A stretch of 64,000 nucleotides of DNA from an uncultured Gammaproteobacteria bacterium (GTDB lineage: Bacteria; Patescibacteriota; Microgenomatia; UBA10105; UBA927), in contig CAZNKB010000005.1 in the NCBI GenBank assembly GCA_964573695.1, forward strand, positions 46,012-110,011. Direction: 5' to 3'. The notes beneath the pieces were generated by a model, which saw only the letters and a list, made by a program, of their open reading frames with translations, had not been told where the DNA came from and made no database searches. Made by a program: the position numbers and the translations under genes. Below, piece after piece: positions 47,430 to 56,750 of this stretch (position 1 is its first letter; every line of letters begins with the position of its first letter).

Positions 47430-48644
47430 ATGCCACAATTTTCATTTACCGCAACGCGGGCTCGCTCTCTGCCGCACGCGCGGCTTGGTACGATAGTCAC
47501 TCCACACGGGATTATCCAAACTCCCGCCTTTGTCCCTGTGGGCACACAAGCTTCGGTCAAGTCCCTTACTCCCAACGAGTTGAGTACTTTGGGTGTTCAG
47601 TTGTTTTTTGTAAATACCTATCACACCTATTTACGACCGGGGCTTGATGTCATCCGCCGGTTTGGGGGTCTTCATGCATTTATGGGCTGGACCGGTCCGA
47701 TCATTACGGATAGCGGGGGATTCCAGGTTTTTTCTCTTGCCAGGCCCAAATACACTCCGACCCAGCGGGATGAGGAGCAGGCTGCTTTGGTGAAGATAAC
47801 CGAAGACGGTGTCATGTTTCGATCCCATTGGGACGGAAGCGAGCACTTTTTCAGTCCGGAATTTTCTATGCAGCACCAGTGGGAATTAGGGAGCGACATC
47901 CATATCGCGTTTGACGAGTGTACGCCGTATCCGGCAACGCCTGCCTATGCGCGGCAGGCTATGGACAGGACCCACCGTTGGGCTACACGGTCATTATCGG
48001 AACACCAGCGTCTCTGGAATATCCACAATGCAGCAGGTAAGCCATATCAGGCGTTGTACGGGGTCGTACAGGGAAGTGTTTACGAAGATCTCCGGCGTAA
48101 ATCCGCCGAAACAATTGCCGCTATGGACATTGACGGTATTGCCATAGGAGGGGTATCGGTAGGAGAGAGTAAGGAAGAAATGCAACAAGTGCTTACCTGG
48201 GTGACACCGCTTTTGCCCGAAAAGAAACCCCGGCATTTACTCGGGGTCGGGGAGATAGATGATATTTTCGTATTGGTTGAACATGGTATGGACACCTTTG
48301 ACTGTGTGCAACCCACCAGGCTCGCGCGCATGGGGAAACTCTACGTGCGCCCGGGTTTTGGCACAGACAACCGTCACGCCTATATGATCGACGTCACGAA
48401 AAAAGAGTTCGAAAAAGATACGCATCCTGTTTCAGCGGGCTGCGAGTGTTTTACGTGCAGCCATTTCTCAAAGGCCTATATACATCATCTGTTTAGAGTT
48501 CGGGAGCTGTTGGCCTATCGTTTGGCCAGTATCCATAATATTCATTTTGTCACCAATCTGGTAAGCCAAATACGCGAGTCGCTCAAAGAAGGAACATTCC
48601 TTGAAATGAAGAAGCACTGGCTTTACAATACATACATATCATAA
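47430..48644 (+). CDS. tgt: tRNA-guanine transglycosylase
   Basis: TPAFVPVGT, NTYH, TDSGGFQ, FDEC, FDCV, CECFTC. Confidence 0.96.
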   Translation: MPQFSFTATRARSLPHARLGTIVTPHGIIQTPAFVPVGTQASVKSLTPNELSTLGVQLFFVNTYHTYLRPGLDVIRRFGGLHAFMGWTGPIITDSGGFQVFSLARPKYTPTQRDEEQAALVKITEDGVMFRSHWDGSEHFFSPEFSMQHQWELGSDIHIAFDECTPYPATPAYARQAMDRTHRWATRSLSEHQRLWNIHNAAGKPYQALYGVVQGSVYEDLRRKSAETIAAMDIDGIAIGGVSVGESKEEMQQVLTWVTPLLPEKKPRHLLGVGEIDDIFVLVEHGMDTFDCVQPTRLARMGKLYVRPGFGTDNRHAYMIDVTKKEFEKDTHPVSAGCECFTCSHFSKAYIHHLFRVRELLAYRLASIHNIHFVTNLVSQIRESLKEGTFLEMKKHWLYNTYIS

Positions 48645-48653
48645 GGAGGATTT

Positions 48654-48800
48654 ATGGGACAATTTGGAGGCTATTACAAAGGGGATAAGAAAAAATCAAA
48701 GAAAAAGGACTTGGAGAAAAAAGCTCAAAAGCAATTATCAGGGGGTTCCTGGCAACTTCCTCAGGTGGAAATAATCAAAAAGGGCAAGAAAGAGTGGTAA
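48654..48800 (+). CDS. 48-aa Lys-rich small protein (absent from the ORF track)
   Basis: AAGGAGGA RBS; ORF MGQFGGYYKGDKKKSKKK...LPQVEIIKKGKKEW fills the gap after tgt exactly. Confidence 0.65.
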   Translation: MGQFGGYYKGDKKKSKKKDLEKKAQKQLSGGSWQLPQVEIIKKGKKEW

Positions 48801-48812
48801 TTGTACCGTACA

Positions 48813-49790
48813 ATGATGCGTTTATCTGCCACGAGGAATCATAGGCCCCCTCAGATGCGCAAGGTGGCCAGGATACTGCCAAGCGTGATCGTTGGCGGTA
48901 TTGGGATCGTTATCGTAGCCCTTGTCATTTTGGGCCTCCGGGCAGCTATTAAGAAAACCCCTTACCGGCAGACTATGGTTATCGCGGGTAACCCAACGCA
49001 TATCCTGTCTCTCAATGCTTCAAGAACTGCGCTAACCATTATTGATTTGCCTGAGGATACGGTTGTTTCCGCGGTAAATGGGTATGGGCATTATTCAATT
49101 CGCTCTCTTATGAGTCTGGATACTCTCGATAACCATCGCGGGGCGCTTGTTATCAATAGTCTAAGCGATGCGATCGGCATCCCGATATCCTGGTACATTA
49201 ACCCGGGAGAGAGTGCCAACGGAGTAGGATCGGTAGAAATGATACGCAGAGTATTTTCATGGGGTAGTGTCGGTAAATTGTTAAGTAGCAGGTTGGAGTC
49301 ATCAATTCCGCTTGTAGACTGGGTAGGATTAGTGTATGCGCTTCGTTTTATCCCTTCAGACGCCGTAACTTTCCTTGATATCGCCCCCGCAATTGTCCCC
49401 ATAGAGTCACCCGACGGAAGCGTGGTACCGACCTTGGATGAATTTAAGCTCGATTTTATACTAGAGAATTCGTTGTATGATGCCGGACTTCGGGCAGAAA
49501 ATCTGACGGTAGCCGTATATAATACCACGCAGGTTCCGACGGTGGGGTCGAGAGCGTCACGACAACTTGCCCGTATTGGTATACAGCTTGTGTTTGTGGG
49601 CAATGCAGAGCCGGCTATCACGGGATGCAAAATTACAGGGACAAAGGAGGCACAAAAATCCAAGACCGCTCAGTTTATCCGATCGTATTTCTTGTGTACT
49701 CAAGCCGCTGATGACGAACGTATCGGAAAGGGGACAGGCGCTGATTTGGTTGTGGAATTGGGGTCTGACTATGCCGCCCGTTACAAATGA
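48813..49790 (+). CDS. LCP-like / LytR C-terminal domain protein
   Basis: TM helix, IDLPEDT, C-terminal VAVYNTT...GNA...ADLVVELGSD. Confidence 0.7.
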   Translation: MMRLSATRNHRPPQMRKVARILPSVIVGGIGIVIVALVILGLRAAIKKTPYRQTMVIAGNPTHILSLNASRTALTIIDLPEDTVVSAVNGYGHYSIRSLMSLDTLDNHRGALVINSLSDAIGIPISWYINPGESANGVGSVEMIRRVFSWGSVGKLLSSRLESSIPLVDWVGLVYALRFIPSDAVTFLDIAPAIVPIESPDGSVVPTLDEFKLDFILENSLYDAGLRAENLTVAVYNTTQVPTVGSRASRQLARIGIQLVFVGNAEPAITGCKITGTKEAQKSKTAQFIRSYFLCTQAADDERIGKGTGADLVVELGSDYAARYK

Positions 49791-49791
49791 C

Positions 49792-50505
49792 CTACTCGTC
49801 TGTATCAGCCTCTTTGGGGTCGCTGTCAGAATCCGTCCCGATATCTTCTCGTTCTGATCGGGTAAATGGAACGTACATTGCAGTTGATGCAAATGACGGT
49901 TGTGTCAGGTAGCGTTTTCCTCTCGATAATTCACGGATAAATACAGTCAGCGTATTCTTCCCGATTGATTTGACGAGTGCCTGATATGTATTACCGACCG
50001 CCAAAAATTTGATCAGCCGGAACGATAAATCGTCAGGTAGGGCCGCTAAATACACATTACTGGAGTTTCTCACCTCGACGACATGATTTCTTGCTTTGAG
50101 TTCGACTTCTTCTCCCGGTGACACCGTTGCCAGTGCGGAAAGCGGTGCAGAATTTACACATTCGACAATTTTTGTTTTCCCGGGCTCCTCAAGGAAAGAC
50201 ATGGGTGTGACCTGCTTTTTGTTTGCTTTTAGAAGATCTTTCTGTCGGACGGACCCAAGTTTTTTGAGGTTTTTTATGGCTATTTGGTTGTATTCATCCA
50301 GCTTTGTAACCTTAAGAAAGGTCTTTTTGGCTTGGGTGATTTGTCCGCTTTGCAAATAGGCAAACCCGAGTCTGTTAAGCAAGCTTATGTTGTTTTTGTC
50401 GGTTTTGAGGAGAGTGGAGTTGATCCGTATGGCCTCTTTCCAGTCTTGGGCAAGTGCTGCATTTATTGCAGAAAGGTCGGAAATATTTGGATCGCTCATG
50501 GTCAT
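49792..50505 (-). CDS. TPR-containing protein
   Basis: WKEAIRIN, LNRLGFAY, NQIAIKNL TPR pattern; FLEEPGKTK. Confidence 0.7.
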   Translation of the reverse strand: MTMSDPNISDLSAINAALAQDWKEAIRINSTLLKTDKNNISLLNRLGFAYLQSGQITQAKKTFLKVTKLDEYNQIAIKNLKKLGSVRQKDLLKANKKQVTPMSFLEEPGKTKIVECVNSAPLSALATVSPGEEVELKARNHVVEVRNSSNVYLAALPDDLSFRLIKFLAVGNTYQALVKSIGKNTLTVFIRELSRGKRYLTQPSFASTAMYVPFTRSEREDIGTDSDSDPKEADTDE

Positions 50506-50561
50506 TGAGGTTACCAGAGTTTCTTGAGAAAAGTCAAGACAGAAGATACAATGAGGCGAGT

Positions 50562-51281
50562 ATGAGCGGACATTCCAAGTGGAGCAAAGTCAAACATCAG
50601 AAAGCGACGACAGACGCGGTGAAAAGCAGAGCGTTTACCAAGGCATCACGCGGTATTACCGTAGCAGTGCGGGAAGGCGGAGGGATTGCGGATCCGGACA
50701 AAAATTTCCGCCTGCGTCTCGCTATCGAATTTGCAAAATCCGTTAATATGCCCAAAGACACGATAGAGCGCGCGATAGAGAAAGGAGCGGGCTCGGGGGG
50801 AGCGGCGTACGAAAACCTGTTATACGAAGGGTATGGGCCGGGAGGAATAGCATTTTTGGTAGAGGCTGCCACTGATAACCACCAGCGGACCGCATCAGAA
50901 GTCAAACATGAGTTTGATCACGCGGGAGGATCGTTAGCGTCGCCGGGGGCAGTCAGTTATCAGTTCAAGAAACGCGGACTGGTGCTCGTATCCAAAGCGT
51001 CGGTCTCGCCGGACTCGATGCTGGAGGTGGCTCTTAGCGCGGGCGCGGATGACGTCGTAGAGCGTGATGATGTCTATGAAATATTTACCAAAAGCGCGGT
51101 ATTGTCTCAGGTGAAGCGGGCACTGGAATCCGCAGGGATGATGATCGATCATACGGGATTTATCATGCAGTCCGATTCCCAGGTGAATCCGGGGGAATCC
51201 GTGCGACCAAAAATTGAGCAATTAGTGGAATCGCTAGAGGCGCTTGATGACGTGCAAAATGTTTATACAACTATGGAGTGA
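50562..51281 (+). CDS. yebC: YebC/PmpR-family protein
   Basis: MSGHSKW, YEGYGPGG, TDN, LEALDDVQNVY. Confidence 0.95.
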   Translation: MSGHSKWSKVKHQKATTDAVKSRAFTKASRGITVAVREGGGIADPDKNFRLRLAIEFAKSVNMPKDTIERAIEKGAGSGGAAYENLLYEGYGPGGIAFLVEAATDNHQRTASEVKHEFDHAGGSLASPGAVSYQFKKRGLVLVSKASVSPDSMLEVALSAGADDVVERDDVYEIFTKSAVLSQVKRALESAGMMIDHTGFIMQSDSQVNPGESVRPKIEQLVESLEALDDVQNVYTTME

Positions 51282-51305
51282 TTTTTGTCATACAATAGGG
51301 GAGAC

Positions 51306-52145
51306 ATGCCAAAGAAATTGTTAACTTCCATTACAAAGCGGTTCCAACGCTGGGAACGCACGCAACCGTTTACCAAGCGTCAGCAGTTTGTCATCATAAC
51401 CGGATTATTGACCGGAGTGCTCATGCTTACGCAGCTGGTTTCATTGGATTTTCGCTATCCTATGGTAGGTGTGTTGGCGGTGTTGAGTTATCTTTTGTGT
51501 GCGTTTGCGTTGCGTGATGATCTTCGCGGTCACGAATGGTTCACGCTGCTTATTTTGCCGTCTTTTTTTACGGCGGCTGTTGCGGTGTTTTATTTTTTGT
51601 TACCGACCCGTTGGTTGACCCGGCTTCCGATCGTCGTACTCTATGCCATTGGCATGTATGCGTTGCTCCTAACCGAAAATATTTATAATGTGGCTGCAGC
51701 ACGGACGATTGCACTTCTTCGCGCTGCACACTCGGTGGGGTTTTTGCTCACGCTTGCGACATTTTTCCTACTGTCCCAGACGATTTTGGCCTATCGTTTT
51801 TCCGGATGGTTTAGCGCCTTGCTTATGGGGATCGTGACGTATCCTTTGACTATACAAATATTGTGGGCTACCAATTTGGAATCACAAATAGGGAAGTCTA
51901 TAAAGGAAATAACGCTTGTCGTGAGTATTATCCTTATAGAGTTGGCTTGGGTTTTTTCATTTCTTCCCGTCAGGACGACTCTTCTCGCATTGTTTCTTAC
52001 GACCGTCTTTTATGGTCTCGTGGGCATGGGCCAGCAGTACCTCGCAGATCGACTTTACAAACGGACAGTCTGGGAATTCTTCGGCGTTGTTGCAATCGTA
52101 TTTGTGATTTTGTTGTTAACAATTAATTGGCGATCCGCCATATAA
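51306..52145 (+). CDS. Multi-pass membrane protein
   Basis: About 9-10 TM helices; LLTENIYNVAA..TIALLRAA. Confidence 0.7.
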   Translation: MPKKLLTSITKRFQRWERTQPFTKRQQFVIITGLLTGVLMLTQLVSLDFRYPMVGVLAVLSYLLCAFALRDDLRGHEWFTLLILPSFFTAAVAVFYFLLPTRWLTRLPIVVLYAIGMYALLLTENIYNVAAARTIALLRAAHSVGFLLTLATFFLLSQTILAYRFSGWFSALLMGIVTYPLTIQILWATNLESQIGKSIKEITLVVSIILIELAWVFSFLPVRTTLLALFLTTVFYGLVGMGQQYLADRLYKRTVWEFFGVVAIVFVILLLTINWRSAI

Positions 52146-53366
52146 GTTTCAAAGAGGTGCAAAACACGGGGACCTGCCTCGCCGGCAAGGCGGAGTGGGA
52201 GAGTGGTATAGTTTGATATAGTTGATATAGTTTGATATATGTCGGTAAAACTATAGGGTATAATGTGGATAATTATTTTCACGGCGTCCGACAAGTATTT
52301 TCACAGCCTCACCGCAAGCTGGCCACAGCCTGCATGAGGCTAAACTATAGGGTAGAGTAAGTCTTGGGTCCTTCGCACTCGCTTCTTTGAGTACACAAAG
52401 TGTGCGATAAAATGACTATTCGGATTGTTGTAACGCGCTAAATACGATATATCAATACGTCCGGAGTAGTGAATAGCAGCCTCAAATATACGAGTTTGGA
52501 GCATAATACGGCGCTAAATAAAGCCGAAAAGCAAACAAGCTTAGCAGTACTGTTACGTAAACGCTAACATTAGCCTCATATGACGCCGGGAAGCGGATAG
52601 AATACGCACGAAATGCTGTAAGCGGGGCGTTATCATGCTCCATTCTCGTTTTTCACAAGCGGCAATAATATATACATGCAGCCTTGAAAATAGTGATTTG
52701 GAGCGTATGAATGCTCTAAATTGCAACGTCTCCGGCAATCGGACATGCAGCGGAGTGGGATATTAGCCTCAAAAATGTGTAATTAGCGCATTAATACGCG
52801 CTAACTGTGTATAGCATAAAAAACCCGAATGCCCGTTGAGAAGACGCAGGTAATGCTGCGCATTTTTCGTCTTGGGCAGAGCACAGGATTTGTAACGTCT
52901 GCTAGCCTCACTTCAGGGGTGTTACGAGGAGAGGGGTCGCATTCTCCTCCGGGGGTGCCACCGTGGTTTTTTTATCCCTGTTTCGGCCTCAAGTGTTTTC
53001 TGGTTGATTCACGGCGGGGAAGAAAAATCACTATAGTCGCACAATAATACTTTTGCGACGTTAGTATCAGGCATGTGCCTGAATAGGACTTTTGTTGTCG
53101 CGTCGTTGTTCTTGTATTGTTTAAGCAAATTGTATGCGATTGTCGTGCAGTTATTTTTTTTGGCGCTTCGCTATTCTCCTTTGGATTTGGTCGCGTTTTT
53201 TTTGGATCTCCTATGGCAACGATTAGACCTGTTTATAGGGTTACGTATTGTTACTTTTCCGGTCCTACGGGCCGTATTGATTTGTGCGGTTTGGTTGAGA
53301 CGTCTACTTGTACGTCTTTTCGTAATCAGGGGCCTTGTAGGTCAGTACAGGGGCAGGAATTTGAGG
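52146..53366. other. 1.2-kb non-coding region with iterated motifs and many hairpins
   Basis: No credible ORF; AGCCTCA x5 on + within 610 bp, AATACG x5, GCGCTAA x3. Confidence 0.7.
53034..53061. other. Candidate dif-like Xer recombination site
   Basis: 11-6-11 imperfect palindrome TAGTCGCACAA-TAATAC-TTTTGCGACGT about 1 kb from the xer gene. Confidence 0.45.
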
Positions 53367-54065
53367 CTAAATCGATCGAAACAGATACTGGCCCAAAATC
53401 ACGGTTTTTGAGGGGCTGGCGCCGGCATTCATCTGTACTAAGGAGACATTGGTTGCTGTAAAAGATCCAATCATCAGATCTTTCATAGTCGTGAGTTTTT
53501 CGATAAATTCCGGCGACGGTTTATGGGTATACCGGCAAATCGTTATATTGGCAAAAATGATTTCATCGGTAAAGTATTTTTTGTCATCGGGCACATGGGC
53601 GTCAACAAGTTTGTTGCGGAGCTTTTTGACGAATTGGTCATATTCGGGGCTTACGAGTGCAATAATGGAAACACTCGTGGGCATACTGAGGAGTCCGGCA
53701 AGGGTAAATTGGAATGGTTCTGATGACGGTATTTCTTCGGCCAATACACGTTGCGCTTTGGCTATATCTGACGCGCCAAAATGTGGCGGATTGTTGATGA
53801 CCCTGATATTTTGGATAGTAAGATGCAGCGCATTATCAGGGTAATAATAAAATTCAGGTTCTATGATTTGAAGCGGCTGAATAAGTTGAGTTTGGATTGT
53901 CGCAGTAAGATTTTTGTCTATAAAACTAATGCATGTTAATGCGATTTGTGGATCGTTCACATAATCCGTTTGCATAGGGACAATGGTTGACGCGTGAGCG
54001 CCATTGGCGAGAGTTGCCTCCATTTGGCGCATCAGATTAAGCTGTTTCTGTTGAAAAGGAGTCAC
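53367..54065 (-). CDS. 2H phosphoesterase (2'-5' RNA ligase-like)
   Basis: First motif LHLTI; second motif appears as NIT. Confidence 0.65.
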   Translation of the reverse strand: MTPFQQKQLNLMRQMEATLANGAHASTIVPMQTDYVNDPQIALTCISFIDKNLTATIQTQLIQPLQIIEPEFYYYPDNALHLTIQNIRVINNPPHFGASDIAKAQRVLAEEIPSSEPFQFTLAGLLSMPTSVSIIALVSPEYDQFVKKLRNKLVDAHVPDDKKYFTDEIIFANITICRYTHKPSPEFIEKLTTMKDLMIGSFTATNVSLVQMNAGASPSKTVILGQYLFRSI

Positions 54066-54129
54066 TATATCATTCTAGCATATTGACAATACTAATCATG
54101 TCGTACAATGATTGTTGTAGAGACGTCTT

Positions 54130-55116
54130 ATGGATTTAGACCAACTGATCAAAGATTTCCTGGAATATCTTGAAATTGAGCGAAATGTTTCGCAATTAAC
54201 AATCCGGAACTACCGGCATTATTTGGAGCGATTTGTGCGCTTTTTAGCGCATACCGGAGCCCCCTCCCCTACTAGTCCCCCCTCCGTGTCTGGCGAAGCC
54301 GGATCCCGCTTCGCGGGAAAAACTGTGAATATAACCGATATTCATCCAGAATCCATCCGTCAATATCGGTTGTATCTGTCCCGTTTCGTCGATGAAAAAG
54401 GGATGAGCCTCAAACGCGTGACTCAAAATTATCACCTGATCGCACTTCGGAGTTTTCTTAAGTATATGGCTAAACGCGACATCCCGACTATTTCTCCGGA
54501 CAAAATCGATCTGCCGAAAGCAGAAAGCAGGTCGATTAAATTTTTGGAACACAATGACATGGAACGTTTGTTGAATATGCCTGAAATCAGTACCAAAGAA
54601 GGGTTACGGGACAAAGCGATACTGGAGGTATTATTTTCTACCGGACTTCGGGTATCGGAACTCGTGAGTTTGAACCGCGATCAGATTAATTTGGACCGCC
54701 GGGAGTTTAGTGTCGTCGGCAAAGGCCGTCGTACCCGCATTGTATTTTTATCCGAGCGCGCGGCTGATTGGTTACGCCGATATATCGCGACCCGGGAAGA
54801 TGATCTCCGGCCAATATTTATCCGCTATAGTGGAAAAACCCCCGACGAACATGACACTACGGGCGAATCGATCAGACTGACTGCGCGCTCTGTCCAGCGC
54901 GGCGTCGAGAAATACGTCAAAAAAGCAAAGCTGATGATCAAAATTACGCCGCACGGACTTCGCCATACATTTGCAACCGATCTCTTGGGCAATGGTGCAG
55001 ACTTGCGGGCTATTCAGGAATTGTTGGGGCACAAAAATGTGTCGACCACCCAGATTTACACGCACATTACTAATCCGCAGCTTAAAGAAATTCACGACAA
55101 ATTTCATAGCAAATAA
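54130..55116 (+). CDS. XerC/D-family tyrosine recombinase
   Basis: N-terminal SAM-like domain, TGLRVSEL, GKG, PHGLRHTFAT, LLGH, TTQIYTH. Confidence 0.93.
   Translation: MDLDQLIKDFLEYLEIERNVSQLTIRNYRHYLERFVRFLAHTGAPSPTSPPSVSGEAGSRFAGKTVNITDIHPESIRQYRLYLSRFVDEKGMSLKRVTQNYHLIALRSFLKYMAKRDIPTISPDKIDLPKAESRSIKFLEHNDMERLLNMPEISTKEGLRDKAILEVLFSTGLRVSELVSLNRDQINLDRREFSVVGKGRRTRIVFLSERAADWLRRYIATREDDLRPIFIRYSGKTPDEHDTTGESIRLTARSVQRGVEKYVKKAKLMIKITPHGLRHTFATDLLGNGADLRAIQELLGHKNVSTTQIYTHITNPQLKEIHDKFHSK
54289..54318. repeat. 30-bp REP-like double mini-hairpin inserted in frame in xer
   Basis: TCTGGCGAAGCCGGA-TCCCGCTTCGCGGGA. Confidence 0.6.
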
Positions 55117-55133
55117 ATGCACGTATCATATCG

Positions 55134-56129
55134 ATGAACATCACCGTTTTATATAACAAGCCTGCAGCTCGCTTTACGTCCCATACGAAGAATGTGGAAG
55201 CAGAGGAGGATACTGAAGAGTCCGCAGATGAAGTCGCCGCGGCACTTCGGAGTAAGGGAGCTCAAGTTTCTGTCGTACCGATTACGGAAACCACCATACC
55301 GGAAACCGTCGCAGCGTTACCAAACGATCTTATATTTAACCTGATCGAGTGGACCGGAACAGATGCCACCTATGCTGCGCAAACGTATGATCTTCTCCAT
55401 ACTCGCGGCCTTTCGTATACCGGGGCTACAAAGGAGAGTTATTTCCTCTCCTGCGATAAAATCGCGATGAAAAAGAGACTCGTTGCCGGCGGATTCCCTA
55501 CCGCTTCTTGGCAGGAGTTTGTCACAGGCGATGAACCTATACGGAGTGATTTGCCCTTTCCCGTCATTGTGAAAATCAGTCTGGAACACTCCAGCGTCGG
55601 ACTTTCAAAGGAAGCAATCATCGATGATGCTCATCACCTCCGTGCGTTTGTAAAAAAGCAAATTGCGGCATTTCGCCAGCCGGTGCTCGCAGAACAATTT
55701 TTGACCGGCAGAGAGTTTCAGGTGACGTTGGTTGAAAAGAAGAACGGACTTGCAGTCCTTCCCCCAGCGGAGGTTATCTATACCAAGGGAACCAATGTGC
55801 CATTTCTGACCTATGAAAGCCGGTGGAACGCAGATCACCCTGATTTTCAAAATTCAACGGTCGTGCTGGCGACATTATCGGATCAGCTCGCCCGACAAGT
55901 GGATCGCATGTGCCGCGGGGTATTTACCGATATGGGATATCGGGATTATGCACGGTTCGATCTACGGTGTTTCGGAGAGCAGCCGATGTTTTTGGAAGTG
56001 AATTCTAATCCCGGGTTAAGCGATGATGAACAGTACGGTATGACCGTATCTTATAAAGCCGTTGGCATGACATTTGCGGATTTCGTTTGGGAAATCGTGG
56101 AATCCGCCAAGCGAAGAATTACGGGATGA
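55134..56129 (+). CDS. D-Ala-D-Ala ligase-like ATP-grasp protein
   Basis: FNLIE, YTG, DKI, EHSSVG, EQFLTGRE, YARFDLR, LEVNSNP. Confidence 0.8.
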   Translation: MNITVLYNKPAARFTSHTKNVEAEEDTEESADEVAAALRSKGAQVSVVPITETTIPETVAALPNDLIFNLIEWTGTDATYAAQTYDLLHTRGLSYTGATKESYFLSCDKIAMKKRLVAGGFPTASWQEFVTGDEPIRSDLPFPVIVKISLEHSSVGLSKEAIIDDAHHLRAFVKKQIAAFRQPVLAEQFLTGREFQVTLVEKKNGLAVLPPAEVIYTKGTNVPFLTYESRWNADHPDFQNSTVVLATLSDQLARQVDRMCRGVFTDMGYRDYARFDLRCFGEQPMFLEVNSNPGLSDDEQYGMTVSYKAVGMTFADFVWEIVESAKRRITG

Positions 56130-56712
56130 ACACGCGGGCAGTGTCCGTTCGGAAATACGGCAACGATTCGGGATCACGAGCGATAACCAGCATAAGCTGC
56201 GGCTGCCATTTGCGGATAAGCCGGAATTTATTGCTATTTTTCTTCACTTTTTTGCGTTTGAAATCGTAATCCCACCAGCGCAGGCGGAAATCATTCCATG
56301 CGTACGATTTACGTTTTCCGGTTGAGCTGTCGAGGAGCACGATGCGGGATTTGCTGGATAAATATGACGCAACCACTGCCCAGTGTCCGGACTCCGGTTG
56401 GGGTTCGTGTCGCTCGTTGACGTCGTATAAGTAAGAAACGATGACAGCACAAGGTTCTTTAGGTCGGTATTTCAATGCGCTTTGCAAATGGTGAAGCGTG
56501 GCATACTCTACAACAAGAACGGATAGACCGAGTTTGTTTGCTGCCTCGATCATATGTTTTGTGGAGGTCCCGTTTCTTCCTGTTTTGCAAAGAGAGATGA
56601 GTCGGTCCATGGAGGCCCGCATGCCCAACACGCTCAACGCGTGTTTAAGCGACGCCGGTCCGCACGTTGTGTCATCCGGCTGCATGATTGGTTTGACATG
56701 TGATCTACCCAT
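56119..56712 (-). CDS. C39-family cysteine peptidase
   Basis: QPDDTTCGPASL, GHWAVV, LLDS. Confidence 0.85.
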   Translation of the reverse strand: MGRSHVKPIMQPDDTTCGPASLKHALSVLGMRASMDRLISLCKTGRNGTSTKHMIEAANKLGLSVLVVEYATLHHLQSALKYRPKEPCAVIVSYLYDVNERHEPQPESGHWAVVASYLSSKSRIVLLDSSTGKRKSYAWNDFRLRWWDYDFKRKKVKKNSNKFRLIRKWQPQLMLVIARDPESLPYFRTDTARVFIP

Positions 56713-56750
56713 AGTATTTTGACAAAAAAGTATGTTTTGAAAACAAGGGG

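Noticed and set aside
52146-53366. tmRNA, RNase P RNA, SRP RNA or a CRISPR array in the long intergenic region
   Set aside because: No tRNA-like ends, no GAGGAAAGUCC, and repeats are only 7-11 nt with irregular spacing
53073-53461. ORFs 53073-53411 and 53117-53461 as genes
   Set aside because: They look like by-products of a T/G-rich tract, overlap the 2H gene and show no motifs
54130-55116. Tyrosine recombinase as the integrase of a second island
   Set aside because: It has XerC/D size and motifs, no arm-binding domain, host-like composition and no flanking att repeats that I can see
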